Positions 1-10,210 of a stretch of DNA of 64,000 bases are shown in pieces. The notes beneath the pieces were generated by a model. That model did not search any database and had not been told where the DNA came from. It saw nothing but the letters and a program-made list of their open reading frames with translations. Origin of the DNA: Candidatus Binataceae bacterium (lineage in GTDB: Bacteria > Desulfobacterota > Binatia > Binatales > Binataceae); contig CAWDLC010000015.1 of NCBI GenBank assembly GCA_963803045.1, positions 10,947-74,946 on the forward strand, read 5' to 3'. Both the position numbers and the translations under genes were made by a program. The first letter of the stretch is position 1. Every line of letters begins with the position of its first letter.

Positions 1-788
1 GCTTGCGTTTGCGCAGACGGAGCCGCACGCAGGTTCCGATCCTGGAGGTCAGATACGTACCACCGGCGTCCGCGATGACGACAAATGGATCATCAACGGG
101 ACCAAGACCTTCATTTCACACGTCGATGCGGCCGATTTCTTTGTTGTCGTCGCGGTCACCGATCCGGAAAAGCGCCAGCACGGCGGAATCACTCTTTTTC
201 TCGTTGATCGAAATACTCCGGGGGTATCCGTATCGCGACGCATTCCAATGCTGAGCGGCATGCACACCCACGAACTCGTATTCGACTCCGTCAAAGTTTC
301 CGCGGAGAACGTGATTGGAGAACCAGGCAGCGGCTTCGGCGCCGCTCAGGGATTGCTCTCCAGGGCGCGCATGAATATCGGCGCCCGCGCGGTGGGAATC
401 GCCGCTCGGTGCGTGGAGATGATGATCGAACACGCGAAGAATCGCGTCGTCTTTGGCGAGCCGCTCGCACGCAAACAAGCCGTCCAGGCAATGATCGTCG
501 ACTCGTGGGTCGATGTGCATCAGACGCGGCTCGTAATTCATCACGCGGCATGGAAGAACGACCGCGGAGAGGACACGCGAATCGAAGCGGGGATGGTGAA
601 GTTCCTCGGGCAGCGAAATGGTCGGACGCGTCGTTGATCGCGCGATTCAGATTCACGGCGCAATGGGCGCGACAATGGAGCTTCCGCTCGCGCACTGGTA
701 CGACCGCGTGCGCATGATGCGCATCTACGAGGGTGCCACCGAAGTGCAGAAGTATCAGGTCGTGGCTCGTGCACTGCTGTCTGCGTAG
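1..788 (+). CDS. acyl-CoA dehydrogenase, C-terminal portion (5-prime end outside window); apparent 1-nt frameshift near 605
   Basis: Frame starting at nt 2 reads ...DDDKWIINGTKTFISHVDAADFFVVVAVTDPEKRQHGGITLFLVDRNTPGVSV...GEPLARKQAVQAMIVDSWVDV...KFLG, typical ACAD C-terminal half. After an extra G near 604-606 the +1 frame continues SEMVGRVVDRAIQIHGAMG...RIYEGATEVQKYQVVARALLSA* (stop 786-788). Confidence 0.8.
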
Positions 789-798
789 AAATCAGACG

Positions 799-2091
799 AT
801 GGCGACGAAGGGAGCACTTGACGGAATAGTCATTCTCGACCTGAGTCAGCAGCTCGCCGGACCCGGCGGAACGATGCTGCTCGGAGAGATGGGAGCCGAT
901 GTGATCCGAGTCGAACCGCCGCCCGCGCGCTCCAGAAGTGGCGCCGATCTGCCGAGCCGGGTAGAGCTGAATATAGGTCGCAGCAAGCGCAGCATCGCGC
1001 TCGATCTGTCTAAACCGGAAGCGCGTGAGATCGTGTATGCGATCGCACGGCGCGCGGACGTCGTGTGCCAGAACTACCGGCCCGGCGTCGCGGAGAAGCT
1101 CGGGATGGATCTGGAGTCGCTGCGCAAGGTCAATCCGCAAATCATTTATAGCCGCGTTTCCGCATACGGAGACCGCGGCCCGGAAGCCTTCCGGGCGGGC
1201 TTCGATATCATCTCGCAATCCGGAGCTGGCTCGATGGTTGCCGGACCCGATGGAAAAATGCCAGCCCCCGAGAAAGCTCCGATTGGCGATGTCACGGCCT
1301 TCTGTCTTGAGGCGATCGGAATTCTAGCAGCGCTTTACCATCGGAAGGTTACTGGCGAAGCCCAGGCGCTGAGCACCTCGATGGTGGCCGGATCACTCCT
1401 GCAAAACATACTTCGCCTGGTCTCGATAGATGACACCGACCGCGAATGGCGGCGCGAGGCGATTGATCGCGCGCGAGCGCTCATTCGGGACGGAGCGCCA
1501 TATCGCGACGTTCTCCGCGCCACCGCCATCGGCAGCGGCGGCGAATTTCAATCAGCCAAAGATCGCGGTGACCCCCTGGGTACCGTCTACTACCGCAGCT
1601 ATCGCACTAGGGACGGATACATCGCGGTCGGTTGCCGCAATGCGCGGCAGCAGCAGCGTTTCAATAAGGTGCTTGATCTTGGCGATCTGCGGTTCGAGTC
1701 CGACGTGAACCAGAAATCGCTCGCGGAACCCGCGGCCGCGGAGCGTATCGCGCAAATGCCGGAGAAGGCCGCTGCCGTATTCGCCTCTCGCACAACCGAG
1801 GAAATGCTCGCGATCCTGGAGGCGGCGGAGATTGCGTGCGGTCCGATACACAACCTCCTCGAAACGTTCGACAGCCAGCAGCTTCTCGAAAATGAATACA
1901 TAATCGAGCACCTGCATCCGAAACTGGGTAAGAGCAAGATCTTCGGCTATCCGATCACTTTTGAGAAGACGCCGATGCGCACCACGCGCCCAGCGCCCGC
2001 GGTCGGCGCTGATGGCGACGAGATACTCACCTGGCTCGGTTACACTGCCGAGCAGATCCAGATCTTTCGCGACCGGCAGTTACTGTGCTGA
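799..2091 (+). CDS. CoA-transferase family III (CaiB/BaiF-like)
   Basis: ATG at 799 eleven nt after the ACAD stop. Protein MATKGALDGIVILDLSQQLAGPGGTMLLGEMGADVIRVEPP...QNYRPGVAEKLGMD matches the family III CoA-transferase N-terminal signature. Confidence 0.85.
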   Translation: MATKGALDGIVILDLSQQLAGPGGTMLLGEMGADVIRVEPPPARSRSGADLPSRVELNIGRSKRSIALDLSKPEAREIVYAIARRADVVCQNYRPGVAEKLGMDLESLRKVNPQIIYSRVSAYGDRGPEAFRAGFDIISQSGAGSMVAGPDGKMPAPEKAPIGDVTAFCLEAIGILAALYHRKVTGEAQALSTSMVAGSLLQNILRLVSIDDTDREWRREAIDRARALIRDGAPYRDVLRATAIGSGGEFQSAKDRGDPLGTVYYRSYRTRDGYIAVGCRNARQQQRFNKVLDLGDLRFESDVNQKSLAEPAAAERIAQMPEKAAAVFASRTTEEMLAILEAAEIACGPIHNLLETFDSQQLLENEYIIEHLHPKLGKSKIFGYPITFEKTPMRTTRPAPAVGADGDEILTWLGYTAEQIQIFRDRQLLC

Positions 2092-2146
2092 GGAAGGCTC
2101 GATATTCACGCGCCCGGATCGGCGCAGCGCACTACGGGAGGAAATC

Positions 2147-3505
2147 ATGCGAATGTCACCATTGCGAATCGCGGCCGCAACCTTGTTGGCGGCGATGCTG
2201 TGCTGGTTTGCGCGGGCGCAAGCCGACGTCAGGCCCGGCGACGTGATCACCAAGGATAATTCATCCAAGGTGGCCGACCTGGTCAGCCCTGGCAACTACG
2301 TGCTGGTCCGCGAGGGTATGCGGCTCAGGATCGTGCCGACAGGAAGACTCGAGTGGCCGCCGCCCTTCAGAACCGCGACAGAGAAGTACTCGCCCCAGAT
2401 CCAGCTCGGCCCCGACGGCACGCTCAAGGGTTATGTCGCCGGGCAGCCGTTTCCGCTGCTCGATCCGAACGATCCGCAGGTGGCAGCCAAGATAATGTGG
2501 AATTTCAGCTACCGGCCGCTCTACAGCGACGACATCGATATGCGCTATCCCGAGGTTGCCAGCTTCGATAAGAACGCCACCGGCACACCGCTGAGCTACT
2601 ACACGGTGGGGCACTTCGCATTCTACAACAATATCGGCCGCATCGAGGTGCCTCCGATACCGACCGATCCCGACGCCGCGGCCAGCGGCATTCGCTACCG
2701 GTTCGGCTTCTATCCGTTTCTGGAACCGCAAGCTTTGCGGGGCTTCGGAATGGTGCGCCTGCGGCATATCGATCCAAAAGTCGATGACAACGTTTGGGTG
2801 TACAGTCCTCAGACACGCAAGCTGCGCCGTGAATCTGCGTCGGTGCTCTCAGACGCTATAGGGGCGCTGCCGGGATTCGGCGGTGGTGGCGGAGGCGGCG
2901 GAGGCGCTATGGGCGGCGGCGGTATGGGAGGAGCCGGCGGAGTCGCCGCCTACGCGAACACGCTCGATCCGGATTCGTATTTCGGTTTCTCGGCCAAAAT
3001 CGAAGATTTCAACTACAGATTCCTGGGCGAGAAGCAGATGCTCGCGTCGGTGCACGCCGCGCATTCGCCCGAGCCGCAATGCCCCTTCGACGGCGGCAAA
3101 ACCATTTGCCCGGAAGACTGGGAGATGCGCCATCTGTACGTGATCGAAGCCGACGCGAAGCCGGGCCACGACCTGTCGATCCCCAAGCGAGTCTTCTACA
3201 TTGATTCAGAAGGATGGTTCATCACGGCGTCGGATCAGTACGATCACGAGGGCAAGCTGTGGAAGACTATCGCGACCTTCAACACTTATCGCGACCGGCC
3301 GGTGCCAGACGCCAGAGTCGCCATCTATCCATACAAGCGGATGTTCCAGTTGGGTCTGGTCGACGAGGATCTCACCACCGGCTACAGTTCGGTCGTCTAT
3401 ATGCCCGGAGCGACCGCGCCCGATCGCGAATGCTGGTATATCGATATGGGAACCGTGGACAACTCTTTTTTGGCGCCGCAGGCGCTGGAGCGAGCCGGCC
3501 ACTGA
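2147..3505 (+). CDS. DUF1329 family secreted protein, intact paralog, with internal poly-Gly tract
   Basis: ATG 2147 preceded by GGGAGG; signal peptide MRMSPLRIAAATLLAAMLCWFARAQA. Conserved motifs GYVAGQPFPLLDPNDPQVAAKIMWN and ECWYIDMG. Gly run GFGGGGGGGGGAMGGGGMGGAGG encoded at 2878-2940. Confidence 0.75.
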   Translation: MRMSPLRIAAATLLAAMLCWFARAQADVRPGDVITKDNSSKVADLVSPGNYVLVREGMRLRIVPTGRLEWPPPFRTATEKYSPQIQLGPDGTLKGYVAGQPFPLLDPNDPQVAAKIMWNFSYRPLYSDDIDMRYPEVASFDKNATGTPLSYYTVGHFAFYNNIGRIEVPPIPTDPDAAASGIRYRFGFYPFLEPQALRGFGMVRLRHIDPKVDDNVWVYSPQTRKLRRESASVLSDAIGALPGFGGGGGGGGGAMGGGGMGGAGGVAAYANTLDPDSYFGFSAKIEDFNYRFLGEKQMLASVHAAHSPEPQCPFDGGKTICPEDWEMRHLYVIEADAKPGHDLSIPKRVFYIDSEGWFITASDQYDHEGKLWKTIATFNTYRDRPVPDARVAIYPYKRMFQLGLVDEDLTTGYSSVVYMPGATAPDRECWYIDMGTVDNSFLAPQALERAGH

Positions 3506-3655
3506 TTAGAGCAAGAACGAGCTATAGCTGCAACACGAAGCGGATGTCGAATGTCGCCGATTCGTTCTCGCTCGCCCACTAATCGTTCGAGGAAATACGG
3601 TTTGGCGTTGAGAGATGGTTCGTACGAAAAGTCGTGACGGGATGGAGAGCACCCG

Positions 3656-4915
3656 ATGATGATCAAATCGCGAACCGCACTGGTGATCGCCACTGCGGTT
3701 TTTCTTTCTTCGAATCTTTACGCCCAAGTCAAGGCAGGCGACGTCATCACTGCGAAGAATGCGGAGCAGGTCCGCTCGCTGGTCCGTCCCGGCACCTTCG
3801 TCGCGGTCGCCAAGGGCATGCAGATGAACATCGTGGCGACGAGCCGCGTCGATTGGCCGCCGCCTTACCAGGATGCGACCGAAAAGTACTCGGGCCAGGT
3901 GCGCCTCGCCCCGGACCATCGCAACCTGCTGGGCTACGTCGCCGGGCAGCCGTTTCCGCTCCTCGATCCCAATGATCCCGATGTCGCGACCAAGATCATG
4001 TGGAACCAGTACTTCAGGCCGATCGCGACCGACGACTTCGATCTGCGCTTCTTCGAATGCCAGGTGGCGAGGCAAAATCCCGGCGCGCAACAGGAGCTGA
4101 TGCTGCTGACCGAGACCGGGCATCTGGCCGGCTATTCCGATATCGGACGTACCGAGGTCGAACCGCTGCCTGCCGACCCGGACTTCAAGACCACCGGCAT
4201 CTGGTCGCGCGTCGGCGCATATCCCACGCTTGCGCCCGCCGAAGATCGCGGGCAGCGGCGGCATCCGCTAGCGCTGCGGGGACCCAAACCGCGGCGAGGA
4301 CGCGTGGGTCTTCTCGGCCGGAACGCGGCGCGTGCGCCGGGTGAACGAGATAAGCATGAGTTCCTCGCCGGGACTTTCGACCTGGGACGCCGATCACGTG
4401 GGCGGATTCGGCGCCAAGCCTCAGGAGTACAACTTCAAGTACCTGGGCGATCGCAACATGCTCGCCTGCGCGCACGCCCGCAACTCGCCAGCCCATCCAT
4501 GCGCCACCGACGGCGGCGCCACCTCATGCCCCGACGATTGGGAGATACGCCATCTCTACGTGGTCGAAGTCACCCCGCGTCCGGAAGGAATCGAGGGCGT
4601 GCTCCAGTCCAAGACCATCGTGTACGTCGACGGCGAGGGGATGGTTCAATCCGTACGTGGACAGCTACGATCGGAAGGGCGAGTTGTGGAAGGTGCAGAT
4701 TTATCTTAACACCTACCGCGATCGCCCGGTGCCCGACGCCAGGATTGCCGTCTATCCGTTCAAGCGTGAATTCAATGTCGCCGCCTCCAGCATCGACGTG
4801 CAATCCGGCATCTCGACCACTTGCTACCTGCCCGGACCGGACACGCCTGAGCGCGAATGCTGGTACATCAACATGGGCGCCGTGGATAAGAGTTTCCTCA
4901 CGACCGAAGCGATGA
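3656..4915 (+). pseudogene. DUF1329 paralog disrupted by two frameshifts and one in-frame TAG
   Basis: Homology to the upstream paralog continues across three frames: frame of 3656 up to about 4247 (…GAYPTLAPAE), frame 0 (…KIAGSGGIR*RCGDPNRGEDAWVFS… with TAG at 4269-4271), and after a G run near 4633 the frame of 4657 (GWFNPYVDSYDRKGELWK…ECWYINMG…SKAGH*). The second half of the ORF-track 419-aa reading frame is Arg-rich out-of-frame sequence. Confidence 0.7.
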
Positions 4916-5180
4916 GCAAAGCAGGCCACTGATCGCTTCTCTCTCGTCGCTTCTTTTGTAGCAGAACGAATGCCCATTCCGCCGGTGCGCATGCGCGTCT
5001 TTGTACAGATGACCTGGCTTCTCAGCGTCGTGCGGGAAAGCGCATCACTCGCGACTGTATTGCGGCATCGCCTTGGACGGACTTTCTCCCCCCAAATCAG
5101 TTTAGGAAGGTAAGGGTCTGGCGCCGGTGGGTATGTGTGGGGATGCCGGTCCTTCTTTGCGAAGAGCGTGGCTCACATCT

Positions 5181-5257
5181 CGCGCCGGAAGCGCTGGAGC
5201 GAGCCGGCCACTGAGCGGGAAAAAAACGAGCTACAGCTGCAAGACGAAGCGGATGTC
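5181..5257 (+). repeat. 3-prime remnant of a third DUF1329 copy (last ~11 codons plus conserved downstream element)
   Basis: 5181-5213 GCGCCGGAAGCGCTGGAGCGAGCCGGCCACTGA encodes APEALERAGH*, nearly identical to the end of the 2147-3505 gene (…APQALERAGH*). The downstream ACGAGCTA(T/C)AGCTGCAA(C/G)ACGAAGCGGATGTCG element at 3523-3555 recurs at 5225-5257. Confidence 0.55.
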
Positions 5258-5466
5258 GCCTAGGCACAGCCGGCTGCTGGCGCTCACGAACGCCGAGCCA
5301 CCTATCTGGCGATCGTCCACCTAGCTGCCGTTAGTCGAATTCAGATCCATCAGTTCGAATCCACCATCGCGTTGCCTCCAATCTCCGAGGATGAAGCGTA
5401 CTCAGGAACCCAAAACTGACCGCGCCCACGAAGGCGGGTTCGGATCGCGGACAGTCGGGGTAGGAC

Positions 5467-6214
5467 TCACCGCTCGTGACTCCGAAGTATCGCGGCCATC
5501 GTGCTGGCATTCATGATCCCGAAGTTCTGATAGCAGTTGTTGAAGATGACGAATGCGCGCTTGACGCCTCGTTCATCGAGCTTTTCCAAGCCGTTCGCCA
5601 ATGAGCTCAGCTCGCGCTCCGAGTACAGGTACTTGTAGCGCTCGGCCGCCGTGATGTTGCGCTTGAACCAGTTCTCGCGGTTCTTGCCATGGAAGCGCAT
5701 GTAGAAGAACTGGTCGCCGGTTGCTTCGATGAACGACGGTATGATCGAATCGTCCTCGGGCGCGTCGATCGAGGTGTAGTAGAGCCCATGCGATCGTAGA
5801 AATTTCATCGTGGCGGCACGCTGAGCTTTCTCGCGAACCCAGCTGGGATGGCGGAACTCGATCGCTATGGAAGCTCCGGGCAGCCGCTCCGGAAGGCTCG
5901 CCAGATAATCGAAATTGGGCCCCTTGGCGATGAAATATGGAGGAAACTGGAACGCAATCATACCCAGTTTGCCCGTATCTTTGAGCGGCGCCATCGCACT
6001 CCAGAACATTTGGAACGCCAGCTCCACCACCTCGCCCAGGGGTCTGGTGAGACGGCGCTGAGCGAAGTTGGCTTGGCGGCAGCATTTCGCGGAGGTCTTT
6101 GGGAAGACGCGATACCTCCGCCGGATGTTGGGTCATCAGCGCGAAAGCCTTGATGTTGAAGATGAATCCCTCGGGGGTTCCGGCGCTGCCAGTCATGAAA
6201 ATCGCTTGACGCAC
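5467..6214 (-). pseudogene. DUF72 (UPF0759/YecE-like) gene with frameshift near 6040; N-terminus apparently degraded
   Basis: Minus-strand ORF 5573-6214 (GTG start) gives …TPEGFIFNIKAFALMTQH (DUF72 motif). ORF 5467-6030 in another frame gives the rest (…KLGMIAFQFPPYF…YYTSIDAPED…RFHGKN…). The expected N-terminal GTSGW region is not found in any frame upstream. Confidence 0.55.
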
Positions 6215-6537
6215 TCCACGGTATCTAGCGCAGCGAACGCCACCACAGCGGCGCGAAGCGGAGACGCGGTTGGGTCAGCGGGGATTACGGTATGGGCGCG
6301 AGCGGCGCAGCTTGCGGAGCCCGAGCGGGCGTCTCACAGCGTAGCAGACGCGAGAGCAGAGAATTTCGGCAGAAGCATATCGGTTGGCTCTAACGCGTGC
6401 GTGGGAAGGCCGTCGAATTCCGGAGAAAGCCGGGGTCGCGCGAGGTGACCCGGCGCGCAATGGAGCACCGGTGCCGTCACCCGACTGCGTTGCTCATCCA
6501 GAGAACGGGACTCGTAACCCACCAAAAGGAGGGAACC

Positions 6538-6812
6538 TTAGGAGATGGCCACCGCCGAGGGGTGGATAGTTTTAGTTTCGACCGCGCGCAGGATCTTCTC
6601 TGGCCCCGCGCGCTGTCCGGGACTCTTGATCCCAGCGACGACGAATTTCGCCTTGCGGGCGGCCTCAGTGATTCCTTCGCGCCTTCCTTCGGCCTTCCGG
6701 CTGTCGGCCCAGCGGTTATACGCCGTTCGAGGCCGGTGCGCCGTGCCCCTGTCGATGATTCCGGAGTCGTAGAGGGACCTGGCTATTTCATGAGGCGAGA
6801 GGATGGCGGTCA
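6538..6812 (-). CDS. hypothetical 91-aa protein translationally coupled (ATGA) to the recombinase gene
   Basis: MTAILSPHEIARSLYDSGIIDRG… begins at an ATG overlapping the recombinase TGA (gcATGAccgcc on the minus strand). No recognisable domain. Confidence 0.35.
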
Positions 6813-7420
6813 TGCGGGGCGCGTTTTCTCCACCGGGGAGCGCCGCGACCTGCGGCTCTGCCGCGTCGTTATTTTGGTACGCCGCAGCGACTCGTAGAGC
6901 GTGGAACACGCCACGCGCAGGCGGCGCGCGACATCTCCCGGCGATTCGCCGCCTTCGATAGGCGGCGCGCATGCGCGATCTTCTCATCATCGAGTCTGGG
7001 CCTGCGGCCCAGCCTGATGCGGCGCTTTTTCGCGGCAGCCAAGCCGGCGCGGGTGCGCTCCACGATGAGTGAGCGCTCGAATTCGGCCAAGGCCGCCATG
7101 ATGTGCAACACGAAACGCCCACCCGCGCTCTCGGTGTCGATCGGATCGGAAAGCGAGCGGAAGTTGACGCCGCGCTGGCCAAGCGCGGCAATCGTCGCCG
7201 GGAGGTGCGAGAGCGAGCGCCCCAGGCGATCGAGCTTCCGAACAACGAGCGTGTCTCCGGGGCGAAGCGCTTTCAGCGCGCGGGCGAACTGCGGGCGGAA
7301 GACGGCGCTTCCGGTGACGCCGCGGTCGGCAAAAATCTTTTTGCATCCCGCAGCCTTAAGCGCGTCGCGCTGCAGGTTCAGATGCTGGTCAGTGGTGGAG
7401 ACGCGTGCATATCCGATCAT
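6810..7420 (-). CDS. serine recombinase (resolvase/invertase family), apparent 1-nt frameshift near 6945
   Basis: N-terminus MIGYARVSTTDQHLNLQRDAL…GDTLVVRKLDRLGRSL is the classic resolvase catalytic domain. The C-terminal HTH (…IEGGESPGDVARRLRVACSTLYESLRR) is encoded in a different frame from the catalytic domain; junction at the cgccgcc run, stop at 6810-6812. Confidence 0.8.
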
Positions 7421-7427
7421 GTCGAGT

Positions 7428-7453
7428 TGTCGGATGGATTTTTCGGACTGACA
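7428..7453. promoter_or_regulatory. candidate resolvase-type recombination subsite (TGTC…GACA) in the recombinase/cas6 divergent intergenic region
   Basis: TGTCGGATGGATTTTTCGGACTGACA: inverted TGTC/GACA ends about 26 bp apart, the layout of Tn3-family res subsites. It lies 8 bp upstream of the recombinase start. Speculative. Confidence 0.2.
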
Positions 7454-7616
7454 AGCGGTTGATTCCGTTGCGGTTCGGGTTTGTCCTGGAATCGGTCGTT
7501 TTCTGAACACGCCGCCGAAACCAGGGACTGACGATGATTGCAAGAGAGATGATATCCGAATAAAGCCAACCTATCCCTGCTGCGGAAATCGAAGCGGGCA
7601 TGCGGAAGATGGGGGC

Positions 7617-8609
7617 GTGACTGCCATTCCCCAAATACTGTCGTTCACGCGGTACCGCGTCACCTTCGAGGCGATGGAGACACTTGATCTCCCAAGCTAC
7701 CTCGGCTCGACCTTACGCGGCGCGTTTGGGCATGCGTTTCGCGCTGTCGCCTGCCCAGCGCCTCGCGGCCTTGATTGCCCTGTTCCTGCGCGGTGTCCGT
7801 ATCACCTGATATTCGAGACCTCGCCGCCGCCCGGCTCCGAAGCGCTGCGAACGCACGAGGATATTCCACGGCCATTCGTGATAGCGCCGGCGGACCTGCA
7901 GCAGACCGGTGGCGACGGGCAAGTCAGACATGTATTTCAGCGCGGAGATGAGGTCGCGTTCGAGCTTGTGCTGGTCGGCCGCGCCCAGGAATTCTTCCCA
8001 TACTTCGTCGTTGCGTTGCGCGAGGTAAACGAGATTGGGCGCGGACGGCAGGCGGTCGAGTTGCGGCGAATCGACGCAATCGGCGCGACAGGAGACGATT
8101 CTCGCTCCATCTACACTGCGTCGGAAAATTTGGTACGCGGATCGGGAGGAAGCATCAGCATCGAAGACTGCTCGGAAGCGGTGCCCGGCGGACCGCTGAT
8201 GATCGACTTTGTCACTCAAACCAGACTCAAGCACGAGGGCCGGTTTGTACGAACCCCGGAATTTCAGATTCTTTTTCGCAGGCTCCTCGGTCGGCTGTCA
8301 TCACTCTCGAGATTTCATTGCGGAGCGCCGCTGAAGGCGGATTTCCGCGAACTCATCGATCAGGCGGCATCGATTCGCTTGATTCAGGACGACACAAGGT
8401 GGACAAGATGGCAGCGCTACAGTTCGCGCCAGGATCGGCGGATGGAATGGGAGGGAATCGTGGGTCGCGCCACCTACGAAGGCGACTTCGCCCCGTTTTG
8501 CAAGTTCCTCTACTTCGGACAGTTCGTCCACGTCGGCCACGGCGCTACATTTGGCTTGGGGAAATATCGGACAAAACAGGAATCGAATGGTGCTCCTCTG
8601 TCAAAATGA
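7617..8609 (+). CDS. cas6: Cas6 CRISPR RNA endoribonuclease
   Basis: 330 aa with the C-terminal Gly-rich loop FGQFVHVGHGATFGLGKY typical of Cas6; first gene of the cas operon. Confidence 0.75.
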   Translation: MTAIPQILSFTRYRVTFEAMETLDLPSYLGSTLRGAFGHAFRAVACPAPRGLDCPVPARCPYHLIFETSPPPGSEALRTHEDIPRPFVIAPADLQQTGGDGQVRHVFQRGDEVAFELVLVGRAQEFFPYFVVALREVNEIGRGRQAVELRRIDAIGATGDDSRSIYTASENLVRGSGGSISIEDCSEAVPGGPLMIDFVTQTRLKHEGRFVRTPEFQILFRRLLGRLSSLSRFHCGAPLKADFRELIDQAASIRLIQDDTRWTRWQRYSSRQDRRMEWEGIVGRATYEGDFAPFCKFLYFGQFVHVGHGATFGLGKYRTKQESNGAPLSK

Positions 8610-8630
8610 TGCCAGCGGTACCGCCACCGC

Positions 8631-10196
8631 GTGGCCGAGGGCGGCAGGTGTCGCACCGATAGTCTGAGTGCGATGACCCTTCGATACACAGGTCATCCGA
8701 TAGCAGATGTGGGCGTCGCGACCATCTGCGCATTTTCCCAGAAGTCCGACCCGGCGAAGCTAACGCGACACGACCTTAAGCAGATTAGTCGCTTCATGGA
8801 GCGCGAGTACTTCTCTGGAAAGTTGCTGTCATATCTCACTTGCGTTTTTCCTAACGCCGCTTATGTAAACCCAACGATCAGCGAAGGTAAGAAAAAAGAC
8901 TACAAACGCGACATCCTTCAAGGGTTCGAGAATGACCCGGATCCGGCAGCGGCACATTTGAGCTGTGTTTTCTCTGGCCGACCTGCCGCTCGAATTGTCA
9001 ATCGCCAGCACGTTCCCCTCATCACGGGTGAGGGCGTGTTAAATTTCTTCCCTGACGGCGAGAGCGGAATGCCGATCAGCGCTGACTATCTGTTGGCCAT
9101 GCAGGCTTTTCCTCTGGGAGCACGTCGTTGCGTCGGCCGCGCCCTGGCAGTCCATTGTCCGGACGATCAGAGCCTCACATACGAATTTGCGCATCGGTTT
9201 CTCGAAGACAATCGCAAGCTTCTGCTACTCGCTCAGAGGTCCGGAGAAAAATACGAAGACGCCAAAGCGCCTCGGACACTCGTCGTCGATGCATTGATCG
9301 ACATAATGCACAGGAGGGGCCGGTCAACTTCAGCGGGCCACGCTGGCACTCGTGCGTCGGTCACAGTTTACCATCTCACCAATTCCGGACAGGGACCGGA
9401 TATTGATTTGTTCGAACTTCCGAGTGAAGTTGTTTCGTTCCTCGCAAAAGCTTCTCGCGCTGGCAGCTCTGATATCTGGAACAAAATCGTCGCGCGCGCG
9501 TGGGAAACCCCCGCGCCTTCGCACGCGAATGAAACTAAATCTTCCCGCAAAGGACCGAAACGGGAAAAGCCGACGGCGCCTCAAGCAGGCAAGAACCGAA
9601 ACTTTCTTTATGAAGATTTATTCCGGCTGCCGGAAGGCGCCGGCCGCTTTATTCGAACATATTTCTTACGCCGCGCTTGGCGTTTCGCGCGGCAACAAAG
9701 GAACGATCCGCGCGCCGAATACGCGGCGGCTCGAGAGGTCGAACTTGTCTCCTGGCCGCTCACCCATATGTTTCTGAAGGAGGTTCTCGGAATGGACAAC
9801 ACCCGGATTGAAGCGGTCCGCGAATTCGCAGACCGAGTGGCATCTCACATCATATCCGAGAATGATCGGCGGCTCTTTCGCAACCTCTGTATGACAGACA
9901 ATTATCCCGGATTTAGGAATCGCCTTCTCAAGGCCTCGGCTGAGCGTGTGGGCAAGGGAAAGACTCCCCTAACCTCGTTCGACGAATTTGTCCTCGTCTT
10001 CGAAGCCGCCGACGAACGGCCAAGAATCGACCGGAGGCTTGCTATCGATCTTGTGCTCATTCGATTGATCGAAAAACTGTATGCAGACGGGTGGTTCACG
10101 AAAGAACCAGACGCGGTCAAGGATCTGGCCGAAGCAACCGAGGAAACGGCCGATACGCAGTCTGCCGACGCCGACAGATCGAACCAAGCTAGCTAA
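8631..10196 (+). CDS. cas8: Cas8 large subunit (Cas8b-like by position)
   Basis: ~510-520 aa protein between cas6 and cas7 with no other recognisable domain; position and size fit the type I-B large subunit. Start may be 8673 (MTLRYTGHP). Confidence 0.55.
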   Translation: MAEGGRCRTDSLSAMTLRYTGHPIADVGVATICAFSQKSDPAKLTRHDLKQISRFMEREYFSGKLLSYLTCVFPNAAYVNPTISEGKKKDYKRDILQGFENDPDPAAAHLSCVFSGRPAARIVNRQHVPLITGEGVLNFFPDGESGMPISADYLLAMQAFPLGARRCVGRALAVHCPDDQSLTYEFAHRFLEDNRKLLLLAQRSGEKYEDAKAPRTLVVDALIDIMHRRGRSTSAGHAGTRASVTVYHLTNSGQGPDIDLFELPSEVVSFLAKASRAGSSDIWNKIVARAWETPAPSHANETKSSRKGPKREKPTAPQAGKNRNFLYEDLFRLPEGAGRFIRTYFLRRAWRFARQQRNDPRAEYAAAREVELVSWPLTHMFLKEVLGMDNTRIEAVREFADRVASHIISENDRRLFRNLCMTDNYPGFRNRLLKASAERVGKGKTPLTSFDEFVLVFEAADERPRIDRRLAIDLVLIRLIEKLYADGWFTKEPDAVKDLAEATEETADTQSADADRSNQAS

Positions 10197-10210
10197 ATGG
10201 GAGGGAACCA

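Noticed and set aside
3-294. ORFs 3-254 (+) and 49-294 (-)
   Set aside because: Wrong frame or strand relative to the acyl-CoA dehydrogenase reading frame, which starts at nt 2 and matches ACAD motifs throughout.
3656-4915. Single 419-aa ORF as listed in the ORF track
   Set aside because: Only the first ~200 residues are DUF1329-like; the rest is out-of-frame Arg-rich sequence. Homology continues in two other frames, so it is called a pseudogene.
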